Origin: an uncultured Pseudomonadota bacterium
GTDB taxonomy: Bacteria; BMS3Abin14
DNA: 18,160 nt
Assembly: GCA_964454175.1 (NCBI GenBank)
Contig: CAYVSA010000041.1
Coordinates: 1 to 18,160, forward strand
Direction: 5' to 3'
The notes below the pieces were generated by a model. That model did no database searches, was not told where the DNA came from, and saw only the letters and a list, made by a program, of their open reading frames with translations. The position numbers and the translations under genes are program-made. Positions 9,978-17,965 of this stretch are shown here, in pieces (positions within the stretch are counted from its first letter, which is position 1; each line of letters begins with the position of its first letter).

Positions 9978-10543
9978 GAACGCAGAAAAAATCTCCCGAT
10001 GGGAGCAGACATCCCAGGACCATAAGCAGGGAGAAACTGGCACGCGCAAAGGAAAAAGGTCTGTTTTACTTTCGGACACTGAGGGAAGATCGCAACAGGG
10101 TGCAGATAGACAGACTTCAAAGGAAGCAGTTCGGTGAGTGGTCCGACGTGTTCAGTTCTCTCGAAAAGTGCAGTGGTAGAGTGATGATCTGTCTCCTCGG
10201 CAAGACGGTGATAGGGTACCAGGCATTCACCCCCTTTTCCACTCAGGGCAATCCGTTTCCCGAGGACCGGAAGGTGATGAGGTTTACCTACGTCACCGTC
10301 AGGAACGATGACAGGGTGCGTGCTCGAGGCCTGGGCATCGCCACAGAGCTCCTGAAAAGAACCCTGGAGCTTGCCTGGTCATGGGACTACGAGGCAGTGT
10401 ATTCCTACACGGTCGCCTACGAACTGCTCGAGAAAGCGGGTTTCGTGTGCAAGGGAGGGGAGGAGACCGTCAGGGAGGCACGATACGTGAGGGATTTTGA
10501 GCCCGACATGGCCCCGCCGCTGCTTTATTTTATTGAGAGGTAG
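9974..10543 (+). CDS. GNAT family N-acetyltransferase
   Basis: Motif A-like V....RARGLGIATELL and LLEKAGF. ATGA overlap with the upstream stop. Confidence 0.75.
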   Translation: MRTQKKSPDGSRHPRTISREKLARAKEKGLFYFRTLREDRNRVQIDRLQRKQFGEWSDVFSSLEKCSGRVMICLLGKTVIGYQAFTPFSTQGNPFPEDRKVMRFTYVTVRNDDRVRARGLGIATELLKRTLELAWSWDYEAVYSYTVAYELLEKAGFVCKGGEETVREARYVRDFEPDMAPPLLYFIER

Positions 10544-10588
10544 ATAATTGGTAAATGCCGGGCCTGTTATTGTCCGCCTGCCCAGGAG

Positions 10589-11395
10589 TTAAAATTCAGA
10601 GGGAATATCAAAAGGCCCCCGCATCTTAACAATGAGAGAAAACTTCTTCCTGAATTCCGCAAGTTTTTCCTTTTCTGCGAAAGCCTCGTCAGGGTCCGGA
10701 AAGAGACCGGCCTCCCCGATGACCGTGCCCGATGAGTCCGTTAGAAGCCTGGCCGGTATCCTCGATCTTTTTGCTTCCTCGAGAAAACGGCACTGCTGGT
10801 CTCCGAACAGGGGGAGGGTCCTCAGAGAATACTTCCTGATGTCAGGCGGAATAGCCCTGCTTTTCTTGATGTCTACGACGAGACGGGTGGGGCTGGTAAG
10901 TCCAAATATTTCGTATATGACCGGCATGGATGGAATGATGTTGAGGGATAACTCACCGCATGAATCGTAGAAGTTCAGCCCGGCGATCAACCTGCTCTTC
11001 GTGACGGGATCAGCGTTGGGATAAAGATCCCGGGCCATTCCGGGGGACCCTGGCAGGGAGATTCGCAGCCTGGCAGGATAGTCTTCGGAACCGACATCCA
11101 TCCTGGGCCATTCATGAGAGCTTTCCAGGCCCTTTACCGCCCGGAATTCCAGAACGAGACGCTCGTAATCCTTATGCCCGCCCCACCTAACCTGGACGAG
11201 GGTGAACCCCTCGCCGATACCGCCCGCCCATTGGATAATCTCAGAATAGTTCCCGTGCTTGGCAGAGGGCAGCATCTCATTGGCACGGCTGTGTGAACTG
11301 CCGAGCAGGAAAGACACCGTAATAAAACAGGAAAGCGTAATCGCTGCTCTTCTTGATATGAACATGGGAAGTTTGTTTCCTCCTTGTAGGGTCAT
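10589..11395 (-). CDS. Hypothetical exported protein with AMIN-like domain and possible SPOR-like C-terminus
   Basis: Signal-peptide-like N-terminus. VRWGGHKDYERLVLEF and LTSPTRLVVDI resemble AMIN-type domains. C-terminal AGLFPDPDEAF.EKEKL resembles SPOR. Exact start uncertain. Confidence 0.55.
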   Translation of the reverse strand: MTLQGGNKLPMFISRRAAITLSCFITVSFLLGSSHSRANEMLPSAKHGNYSEIIQWAGGIGEGFTLVQVRWGGHKDYERLVLEFRAVKGLESSHEWPRMDVGSEDYPARLRISLPGSPGMARDLYPNADPVTKSRLIAGLNFYDSCGELSLNIIPSMPVIYEIFGLTSPTRLVVDIKKSRAIPPDIRKYSLRTLPLFGDQQCRFLEEAKRSRIPARLLTDSSGTVIGEAGLFPDPDEAFAEKEKLAEFRKKFSLIVKMRGPFDIPSEF

Positions 11396-11515
11396 TCTAC
11401 AATCTGTCGGGCATGGATTTCAAGGCATCTGTTTGGTATCCTCATGCGGCGGGGGGGCAGGTTAGGGTATGAATTTAGAATAGCACTGGAAATTGGAGAA
11501 AACGGCATCGGCGAG

Positions 11516-12268
11516 ATGGATCTGGACAAACTGCAAAGAATTGATGTTGTCCTGGTACGGTCCAGATATGGTGGGAATATCGGATCGGCTGCAAGGGCCA
11601 TCAAGAATATGGGGCTGGGCCGGCTGCACCTGGTGGCCGCTGAGGATTTTATGCAGTCTGAAGCCAGGATGATGGCGGCCTCGGCAGGCGACGTACTCGC
11701 CGCGGCCGAAGAGCATGCCAACCTGGAAGACGCTCTTGCGGATTTTGACCTGGTTCTTGGGGTCTCAAGAAGGGTAAAAAGCAGCCGACAGAGGATAATG
11801 ACTCCCGGGGAGGCCGCGCGATTTGCAGCATCTCAGGAACTTCCCTGGAGGACAGCCTTTGTGTTTGGTCCCGAGGATTCAGGTCTTACAGCCGAAGACC
11901 TGTCCTTGTGCCACGGGATCGTCTCCATACCATCGGACGATGCCTATCCATCTCTAAACCTTGCCCAGGCTGTTATGGTAGTGGCTTATGAACTGAGAAT
12001 GTCCCTTGACGCGGGGATGACTCTGGTTCACAGTTATAAGGGTTCTTCAGAAGAGGAGATGGACTCGGTGTTTGTACAGGTCGAATCGGTCCTGGACACG
12101 ACCGGTTTCTTTGTCAGGAACCCGAGGGAGCGTGTAATGCTTCATCTGCGGGCCATCCTTACCAGGGGTATGGAGAACTCCCGCGACAGCAGGATTGTCA
12201 GGGGGATATTCAGGAGGATCGCCTGGTACCTGAAACAGTCCGGAAGTACGATATCAGGAGGGGAATAG
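11516..12268 (+). CDS. trmJ: SPOUT RNA methyltransferase, TrmJ/LasT family (tRNA position 32 2'-O-methyltransferase-like)
   Basis: VVLV....GNIGSAARAIKNMGL, FVFGPEDSGLT, IPS...YPSLNLAQAV.VVAYE, and a C-terminal helical extension ending RGIFR. ATG at 11516 preferred over 11444. Confidence 0.85.
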   Translation: MDLDKLQRIDVVLVRSRYGGNIGSAARAIKNMGLGRLHLVAAEDFMQSEARMMAASAGDVLAAAEEHANLEDALADFDLVLGVSRRVKSSRQRIMTPGEAARFAASQELPWRTAFVFGPEDSGLTAEDLSLCHGIVSIPSDDAYPSLNLAQAVMVVAYELRMSLDAGMTLVHSYKGSSEEEMDSVFVQVESVLDTTGFFVRNPRERVMLHLRAILTRGMENSRDSRIVRGIFRRIAWYLKQSGSTISGGE

Positions 12269-12272
12269 TTAA

Positions 12273-12800
12273 ATGAGAGAATGTTTTAAAGACAGGACAG
12301 GACTTGCCCTTGTCCTGGCTGCGATTATCCTTATATCTTTTGTTCCGCTTGATGCTGCCGCACTCTCTGCGGGGGACAAGGCGCCCCTTTTTACTTCCCG
12401 TATGCTTGACGGGGGCGATTTCACCCTGACCGACAACTTTGGGAAGAATGTAGTGCTCCTTAACTTCTGGTCGGTGTACTGCAAGGACTGCATAAGCAGG
12501 ATAGAGGCATTAAACAAGATAAACGATCTGTACCAGTCCCGTGATTTCAAACTCCTGGGGATCGCGGGAGACCCGCCCACAGACAGGATGCTCCGGCAGA
12601 TGAAAAAATACGCTGTCAGGATGCACTATCCGGTCATCCTCGACCCGGAGCTTTTCATCTATGACAGCTATGGAGTGGACATAGTACCGTTTGCAGTCCT
12701 GATAGATAAAGATGGAAATGTCGTCATGGCGATCCAGAGCCTTGAGCCTGAACCTCTGAAGGCCATTTCGGACAGGATCAACCAGTTGACAAGCCGGTGA
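12273..12800 (+). CDS. TlpA/ResA-like exported thioredoxin-fold protein
   Basis: Signal peptide. GDKAPLF, VVLLNFWSVYCKDC (CxxC), YPVILDP, cis-Pro loop IVPFAVLIDKDG. Confidence 0.85.
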   Translation: MRECFKDRTGLALVLAAIILISFVPLDAAALSAGDKAPLFTSRMLDGGDFTLTDNFGKNVVLLNFWSVYCKDCISRIEALNKINDLYQSRDFKLLGIAGDPPTDRMLRQMKKYAVRMHYPVILDPELFIYDSYGVDIVPFAVLIDKDGNVVMAIQSLEPEPLKAISDRINQLTSR

Positions 12801-12801
12801 C

Positions 12802-13164
12802 ATGATGTCCGGCCCGGTATACTTCATCGTAAAAACACTCGTTTCAGCCCTTGTTATCGCCGGGGTGAGCGAACTTGCTAAAAGACTCCCGTCACTGGGG
12901 GGTCTGATCGCGGCCATGCCTCTGACGACACTGCTTGCCCTCATCTGGCTGTATACCGACACCGGTGATTACCAGCTCGCAGCCTCCTTTACCAGGTCAG
13001 TGCTCTTTGCAATTATTCCCACCATCTTTTTCTTCATAACTGCCCTTTATCTCTTTCGCAGGGGAGTTTCCTTTGCAGCGGTCCTGGCTATTTCCTTTCT
13101 GGTGTTTGCCATAGCCGCTGTCATTCACCAGGTCCTTCTCCCCAACGTGATGCCCAATGGATAA
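12802..13164 (+). CDS. DUF3147-like small membrane protein
   Basis: [38 protein letters not shown]. About four hydrophobic segments. Confidence 0.75.
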   Translation: MMSGPVYFIVKTLVSALVIAGVSELAKRLPSLGGLIAAMPLTTLLALIWLYTDTGDYQLAASFTRSVLFAIIPTIFFFITALYLFRRGVSFAAVLAISFLVFAIAAVIHQVLLPNVMPNG

Positions 13165-13567
13165 GAATAATAAGTTCCGCAGCCCCTTCCCCACAGCGGA
13201 TATCATCATCGAAATGGATGGCGGGGGCATAGTCCTGATAAAGAGGAAGAACCCGCCCCCCGGATGGGCTATCCCCGGGGGTTTTGTGGATTACGGAGAG
13301 AAAGTGGAAACTGCCGCGGTCCGCGAAGCGAAGGAAGAAACCGGTCTTGATGTAGAGCTTGTCAGGCTGTTGGGGGTCTACTCGGACCCGGACAGGGATC
13401 CGAGATTTCATACGATATCGACCGTTTTTATCGCCAGGGCGTCAGGCACACCTGTTGGTATGGACGATGCGGCAGAAGCTAAAGTCTTTACAAGGAGCGA
13501 CCTGCCAGTGGATCTGGCCTTTGATCACAGGTCCATTCTGGACGATTATTATTCGTCCCTGAAATAA
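13157..13567 (+). CDS. NUDIX hydrolase (ADP-ribose pyrophosphatase-like)
   Basis: Nudix box [24 protein letters not shown], plus [10 protein letters not shown] and LAFDH. Confidence 0.92.
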   Translation: MDKNNKFRSPFPTADIIIEMDGGGIVLIKRKNPPPGWAIPGGFVDYGEKVETAAVREAKEETGLDVELVRLLGVYSDPDRDPRFHTISTVFIARASGTPVGMDDAAEAKVFTRSDLPVDLAFDHRSILDDYYSSLK

Positions 13568-13624
13568 TGCCAGCAGTATCCGCTGATCGGGTGTTTTACG
13601 GATTAGTAATAAAAGGGGCACGAA

Positions 13625-14347
13625 ATGAAGGGTTTTGACGGTACCCGCTGGTCGGATCCCGAGTTCGTTCAGGAATATCTTGACAACGCCGAGGCCTACG
13701 TTCCCTTCAGGAGAACGATGCTGGATTTTTTGCGTTCCTTCTATCTGTATTTCGTCAGTGGAGATAAACCTGCAAAAGTTCTGGACCTGGGCTGCGGAGA
13801 CGGGATCCTCGCCGATGTTATTCTCGCGGCCGATGACCAGGCTGAGTTGACCCTGGTTGACGGGGCCGTCCACATGCTGGAGAAGGCCAGGGAGCGCTTT
13901 GAGGGCAGCGACAGGGTTGAGTATCTGAATTCAAGCTTCCAGGATCTCATGGAAACGGATCCCCTCCCTTCGGATTACTCCCTTGCCATGTCGTCACTGG
14001 CGATCCACCACCTGGAACCGGACCAGAAGGTCGCCCTTTACGGATATGTATATCGCTGCCTCGCGCCCGGCGGTTATTTTATAAACATAGACGCCGTATT
14101 GGGCTCAGCTCCCGCGATAGAGGACTGGTACATGGAGCTCTGGAGGGAGTGGATAGAGGGCAGAAAGAAAGCCGGCAAGACCAACCAGGACTTTTCCGAT
14201 ATCATCAGGCGGTACAAAGAGAACGAGGACAACCGGCCCGACACCCTCGAATTCCAGCTGAAGTCCCTGAAAAGGGCGGGATTTGCCGAGGTGGACTGCT
14301 ACTACAAGTACGGGGCCTTTGCTATTTTCGGGGGGGTTAAAAGATAA
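13625..14347 (+). CDS. Class I SAM-dependent methyltransferase
   Basis: Motif I VLDLGCGDG, LVD, SSLAIHHL, L.PGG.FIN.D. AAAAGGGG RBS upstream. Confidence 0.88.
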   Translation: MKGFDGTRWSDPEFVQEYLDNAEAYVPFRRTMLDFLRSFYLYFVSGDKPAKVLDLGCGDGILADVILAADDQAELTLVDGAVHMLEKARERFEGSDRVEYLNSSFQDLMETDPLPSDYSLAMSSLAIHHLEPDQKVALYGYVYRCLAPGGYFINIDAVLGSAPAIEDWYMELWREWIEGRKKAGKTNQDFSDIIRRYKENEDNRPDTLEFQLKSLKRAGFAEVDCYYKYGAFAIFGGVKR

Positions 14348-14383
14348 CGGTGCACTATGCATCATGGTGTCGGTAACAATACG

Positions 14384-14400
14384 TCCCCCATCAAGGGGGA
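14384..14400. terminator. Small GC-rich hairpin between convergent genes
   Basis: TCCCCC-ATCAA-GGGGGA, flanked by GTGCAC palindromes at about 14350 and 14402. No clear U-tract, so terminator function is uncertain. Confidence 0.3.
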
Positions 14401-14420
14401 GGTGCACACGGAATCTGGAA

Positions 14421-15467
14421 CTAAACAGGATCCACATATACAATCTGTTCGCCCGATGAAATAGTGATGCTGTGCCTGCCATTACCAAGAGGCTTGAGGT
14501 TGTGGGGGGAAATGATCATTTTTCCCTTCCCCTTCGGAAGGTCCACTGCGAACTTTGGCAGGGCCATCTCCGAAGTTCTTGAACGAAGCGTTTCAATAAT
14601 TCTGAGCCCAGTTTCAAGCGGGGTCCTGAACTGCTCTGCGCCCCTTACCATGTCCGACTGGAAGAGGTAGTAGGGCCGTACCCTCAATGACAGAAGTGAC
14701 CTGAACAGCTCTTCGAGAATGTCTGCGTCGTCATTGATGCCGGAAAGCAGTACCGTCTGGCTACTGATCGGAATGCCGGCATCTGCCAGGATACTGCAGG
14801 CTTCAGTGCTCTCCGGTGTGATCTCGGCAGGGTGGTTGTAGTGGGCGTGGATAAAAAGGGGATGGAACGCGGACAGCATTTCGGCAAGGGAATCATCGAT
14901 CCTCTGGGGCAGTGTGCTGAGCACCCTGGTGCCGATGCGGATGATCTCAACGTGGTCGATCCTGCGGAGTTTCCTGAGAATGTCAGCCAGATCTGTGTCC
15001 TCAAGTAGCAATGGATCACCGCCGGAAAGGAGTACATCCCTTACCTCCCTGTGATCCTGGATATATGCCAGGCCTTTCTTAACAGAATCAGGTGTGACTT
15101 CCAGCGAACTTCCCACCTTGCGCTTCCGGGTGCAGAAGCGGCAGAAAACGGGGCACTGGTCCGACACCAGTAACAGCACCCTGTCCGGGTACCGGTGAGT
15201 CAGGTTGGGAACGGGGCTGAACGCATCCTCCATGAGGGGGTCTTCGTGACAGGCCTGATTCTGCCCGGAGATCTCAGCGATATCCGGAACAACCTGACGG
15301 ACAAGACACTTACCATGCTTTTTAAGGAGATTTAGATAATAGGGGTTTATCCGTGCAGGATAAATCCTGCAGACATCTGCTGTCTCCAGCGCATTGAGCC
15401 CGAGGACATCAGCCATCCTCTCAGGATTTGACAGGCTGTTGCGGAGGAGATATCTCCAGTCTTCCAT
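14421..15467 (-). CDS. KamA family radical SAM protein (lysine 2,3-aminomutase-like)
   Basis: DPL.ED..SPVPNLTHRYPDRVLL, CPVFCRFCTRKR (CxxxCxxC), LLSGGDPL, IRIGTR, H.NHP.EIT, QTVLL.GIND, PYYLFQSD, FAVDLPKGKGK (PLP-lysine region). ATG at 15467 with AAAGG upstream is preferred over 15527. Confidence 0.92.
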   Translation of the reverse strand: MEDWRYLLRNSLSNPERMADVLGLNALETADVCRIYPARINPYYLNLLKKHGKCLVRQVVPDIAEISGQNQACHEDPLMEDAFSPVPNLTHRYPDRVLLLVSDQCPVFCRFCTRKRKVGSSLEVTPDSVKKGLAYIQDHREVRDVLLSGGDPLLLEDTDLADILRKLRRIDHVEIIRIGTRVLSTLPQRIDDSLAEMLSAFHPLFIHAHYNHPAEITPESTEACSILADAGIPISSQTVLLSGINDDADILEELFRSLLSLRVRPYYLFQSDMVRGAEQFRTPLETGLRIIETLRSRTSEMALPKFAVDLPKGKGKMIISPHNLKPLGNGRHSITISSGEQIVYVDPV

Positions 15468-15553
15468 TTTGAGCTGGCCTTTCTGATTAACTGGACTGGC
15501 TGAGTTGGCAAAGAGACAAAAAAACAAATCAGCTTACACAACCATAAAAAAGG

Positions 15554-15583
15554 TTGCAACTGAATAACAGCTGGCACTATAAT
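15554..15583 (+). promoter_or_regulatory. Putative sigma70 promoter for the methyltransferase-CDF pair
   Basis: TTGCAA (15554-15559), 18-nt spacer, TATAAT (15578-15583), about 30 bp before the TTG start. Confidence 0.5.
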
Positions 15584-15612
15584 TTTAGCATCAAGTCTAA
15601 TGAGGTTTTATT

Positions 15613-16188
15613 TTGGCAATCAGCGCCCGTGATTTTCACAAGCTAGAATCTCCGGAACGAAAAGCCCTCCAGGATATAGACCGCTTCTTGGAACTGGCCC
15701 GAACATTTCGGTGGAGGACCTGCGTCGATCTGGGATGCGGAATAGGTTACTACACCCTTCCGCTGGCAGACGAATGGAGCAAGTCCAGGACTATCTACGC
15801 TGTAGATCGCAGCACTCCCATGCTGGAGGAGCTGGACAAACGCGTTATTTCACTGGATCTGAGTAACGTGGTTATCCGCCAGAGCGTAAGCGATCGAATC
15901 CCCATCGAGGACGCATCCATTGATCTGGCCAACATGGGAAACCTCTACCACGAACTCAAGGGGAGGCTGAACTACCTCATGGAGGTTTACAGGATACTTA
16001 AGCCCGGGGGCACTATACTCCTGATCGACTGGGATCCTGAGGAGGATACGGACATCGGTCCTCCGCTGAGCGAGAGGGTTGCATTGGACCAGGTTTATCA
16101 GGATCTTGAATTCGCTGGTTTTAAAAGGCCTAAAAAACACTTTCTCTTTTTCGGGCACTACGCCATCTCCTCGAAAAAGCCCCGCTGA
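15613..16188 (+). CDS. Class I SAM-dependent methyltransferase
   Basis: VDLGCGIGYY, YAVD, RILKPGG.ILLIDW, GPP..ERV. TTG start with GAGGT RBS. Confidence 0.85.
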   Translation: MAISARDFHKLESPERKALQDIDRFLELARTFRWRTCVDLGCGIGYYTLPLADEWSKSRTIYAVDRSTPMLEELDKRVISLDLSNVVIRQSVSDRIPIEDASIDLANMGNLYHELKGRLNYLMEVYRILKPGGTILLIDWDPEEDTDIGPPLSERVALDQVYQDLEFAGFKRPKKHFLFFGHYAISSKKPR

Positions 16189-16212
16189 TCCTTATCTGCT
16201 AAACTGTTATAC

Positions 16213-17148
16213 ATGCCCGTTAACTGCTCACACACCCCTCAGAAAATAAGTGTACGGCCGCTGGTCATCGCCTTCACCATTACAGGTGCATTCATGGTGC
16301 TGGAGTTCTTCGGGGGTCTCCTCTCCGGTTCCCTGGCGCTGCTCTCGGATGCGGGGCACATGCTCACCGACACAGGGGCCCTGGCCCTCTCCCTCTTCGC
16401 CGTCTGGCTCGCAAGACGGCCGGCCGACTCCAGACGGACCTACGGCTATTATCGCATTGAGATACTTGCGGCCCTCATAAACGGGGTTTTCCTATGGGTG
16501 ATGGTGCTCTTTATTTTCAGGGAGGCGATCCGGCGGTTGACGACCCCGGCTGAAGTTAACGTTCAAGGGATGATGCTGATTGGTGCCGTGGGACTTGTGG
16601 TGAATCTCGCCAGCATATACATCCTCCACGGTGCACAGAAGGAGAGCCTGAATGTGCGTGCGGCGTTCCTGCATGTTCTGGGGGACGCTCTGGGTTCCGT
16701 GGGAGTGGTCGCTGCGGGAGTGATAATAATTTTCACCGGCTGGACCGGTGCCGACCCGGTAGCAGGTATGCTCATTGGAATTCTGATCCTGTACAGCTCG
16801 TGGGGATTGATGAAGGAAGCAGTGCACATACTCCTGGAGGGAGCACCTGAACACATCGAGATAGGAGAAATAGAGAAGGTTCTAATGGGCCTTGAAGGGG
16901 TTCGCGATATCCATGACCTGCACATCTGGACGCTGACACCCAATGTCGTGCTTCTCACGGTTCACATAATAACCAAAGATGAGGATGCTGACCCTGATCC
17001 CCTGAGGAGGATAATCCGGGATCTACTGGCAGAAAAATTCTGTATTGAACACACAACGATCCAGATAGAAAGAAGGCACCAGCCCGGGGACGAGAAGAAG
17101 ACGGTTGTCGGGCAAGGACAGGTTCAGCATCATGGGCATCGGCACTGA
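16213..17148 (+). CDS. czcD: Cation diffusion facilitator, CzcD/ZitB-type Zn/Co/Cd exporter
   Basis: SLALLSDAGHMLTD (TM2 HxxxD), TYGYYRIEILAA, AFLHVLGD (TM5 HxxxD), HDLHIW, EHTTIQIE, and a His-rich tail HHGHRH. Confidence 0.92.
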   Translation: MPVNCSHTPQKISVRPLVIAFTITGAFMVLEFFGGLLSGSLALLSDAGHMLTDTGALALSLFAVWLARRPADSRRTYGYYRIEILAALINGVFLWVMVLFIFREAIRRLTTPAEVNVQGMMLIGAVGLVVNLASIYILHGAQKESLNVRAAFLHVLGDALGSVGVVAAGVIIIFTGWTGADPVAGMLIGILILYSSWGLMKEAVHILLEGAPEHIEIGEIEKVLMGLEGVRDIHDLHIWTLTPNVVLLTVHIITKDEDADPDPLRRIIRDLLAEKFCIEHTTIQIERRHQPGDEKKTVVGQGQVQHHGHRH

Positions 17149-17187
17149 TAAAGGATCGGTCCCATGACCCATGTATTCAGGTTGATT

Positions 17188-17223
17188 AACTGATATTTAT
17201 GTCAACTAGATCAGTTCTTTTTT
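17188..17223 (+). terminator. Weak terminator-like element after the CDF gene
   Basis: AACTGAT (17188-17194) and ATCAGTT (17210-17216) are inverted arms followed by CTTTTTT. The AT-rich stem and long loop make it weak. Confidence 0.3.
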
Positions 17224-17290
17224 CACTCAAGGAATTTTTTAAATTTTTAACCGAAAGGAATAAAATCTGAACATATCCAGGTTATTCTTT

Positions 17291-17318
17291 TGCTTGGAAC
17301 CTGGGCCCTGGGACCTGG
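17291..17318. repeat. Degenerate tandem heptamers NNCYTGG x4
   Basis: TGCTTGG AACCTGG GCCCTGG GACCTGG read directly from the sequence. Confidence 0.5.
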
Positions 17319-17321
17319 GAC

Positions 17322-17376
17322 GGGTTGATGCTGCCAACACCACCTTATTTCAGAGCACTGTTGGCAGCATCAACCC
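17322..17376. repeat. Perfect 18-bp inverted repeat with 19-nt spacer
   Basis: GGGTTGATGCTGCCAACA (17322-17339) and TGTTGGCAGCATCAACCC (17359-17376) are exact reverse complements. Confidence 0.95.
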
Positions 17377-17797
17377 ACTCCCTCGGATCGTGAACCAGCC
17401 ATGCAATGGTACCGTATGGGTCCTTTAAGTCTCTGACAACAAAGACAAGGCACGGGATGGCCGTGGAAAAGTTTCCGTAGGAGGCTTTCAGGTGTACTTC
17501 CTTGATCCAGTTATGGGGGAGGGAGATGGATTTTCGAGGGAACCACGGCATGAAGTAGACCTGTCTGTCCGTTACCGCAAGGACGCCGCTGGTGCGTGGG
17601 GGCAGATTCGGCCCGGGGAAGTCGGCTCCCAGGAAGCTGGCGTCGGAAGTTATCATCAGCACATTTTCGCCTGCCAGGGCCTTATCTGCAGCCTTTCGCG
17701 CACCCCTCTTCCAGAGTCTCGCCATGCCCTTGAGAGAGAGCATCAGGAGCATCCAGCTTGCGGCAACAACAACCAATCCTATAAGCAGCTTATTCAT
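17345..17797 (-). CDS. Hypothetical membrane-anchored protein, possibly with a PH/GRAM-like beta domain
   Basis: N-terminal TM followed by a basic stretch. SGVLAVTDRQVYFMPW and I.LP...I.EV resemble PH-like folds. ATG at 17797, or TTG at 17806. Confidence 0.65.
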   Translation of the reverse strand: MNKLLIGLVVVAASWMLLMLSLKGMARLWKRGARKAADKALAGENVLMITSDASFLGADFPGPNLPPRTSGVLAVTDRQVYFMPWFPRKSISLPHNWIKEVHLKASYGNFSTAIPCLVFVVRDLKDPYGTIAWLVHDPREWVDAANSALK

Positions 17798-17880
17798 TCC
17801 GGGCAATCTAGCAGAAATCGGTCAAATGGGGTAGGGGTCTTGGGGTGCAGGCCTGACCCTGCGAATTCTCAAAAAACAAG

Positions 17881-17908
17881 TTGAAAGAGAATCCACTGGC
17901 GATATAAT
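17881..17908 (+). promoter_or_regulatory. Sigma70 promoter of the tRNA-like sequence
   Basis: TTGAAA (17881-17886), 16-nt spacer, TATAAT (17903-17908), ending 9 nt before the tRNA 5' end. A 16-bp spacer is common in stable-RNA promoters. Confidence 0.7.
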
Positions 17909-17917
17909 ACCTTCCGT

Positions 17918-17952
17918 GCCGGAGTGGCGGAAGTGGGAGACGCAGGGGACTC
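17918..17952 (+). tRNA. 5' half of a tRNA-Leu-like gene (probably CAA), truncated at the anticodon loop
   Basis: GCCGGAG-TG-GCGGAAGTGGGAGACGC-A-GGGGA-CT-C gives the acceptor 5' strand, T8G9, a Leu-type D arm and the anticodon 5' strand. It matches the common GGGGACTCAAAATCCCC pattern up to position 34. No T arm (GTTCRA) follows in the window. Confidence 0.75.
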
Positions 17953-17965
17953 CACATACCCCGGG

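Noticed and set aside
9974-15467. GNAT plus KamA as an ablAB (N-epsilon-acetyl-beta-lysine) pair
   Set aside because: They are about 4 kb apart on opposite strands in different operons, and the GNAT does not look like AblB.
15572-15590. Sigma54 promoter (TGGCAC...)
   Set aside because: No TTGC/GC at the required -12 spacing. The overlapping TATAAT fits sigma70 better.
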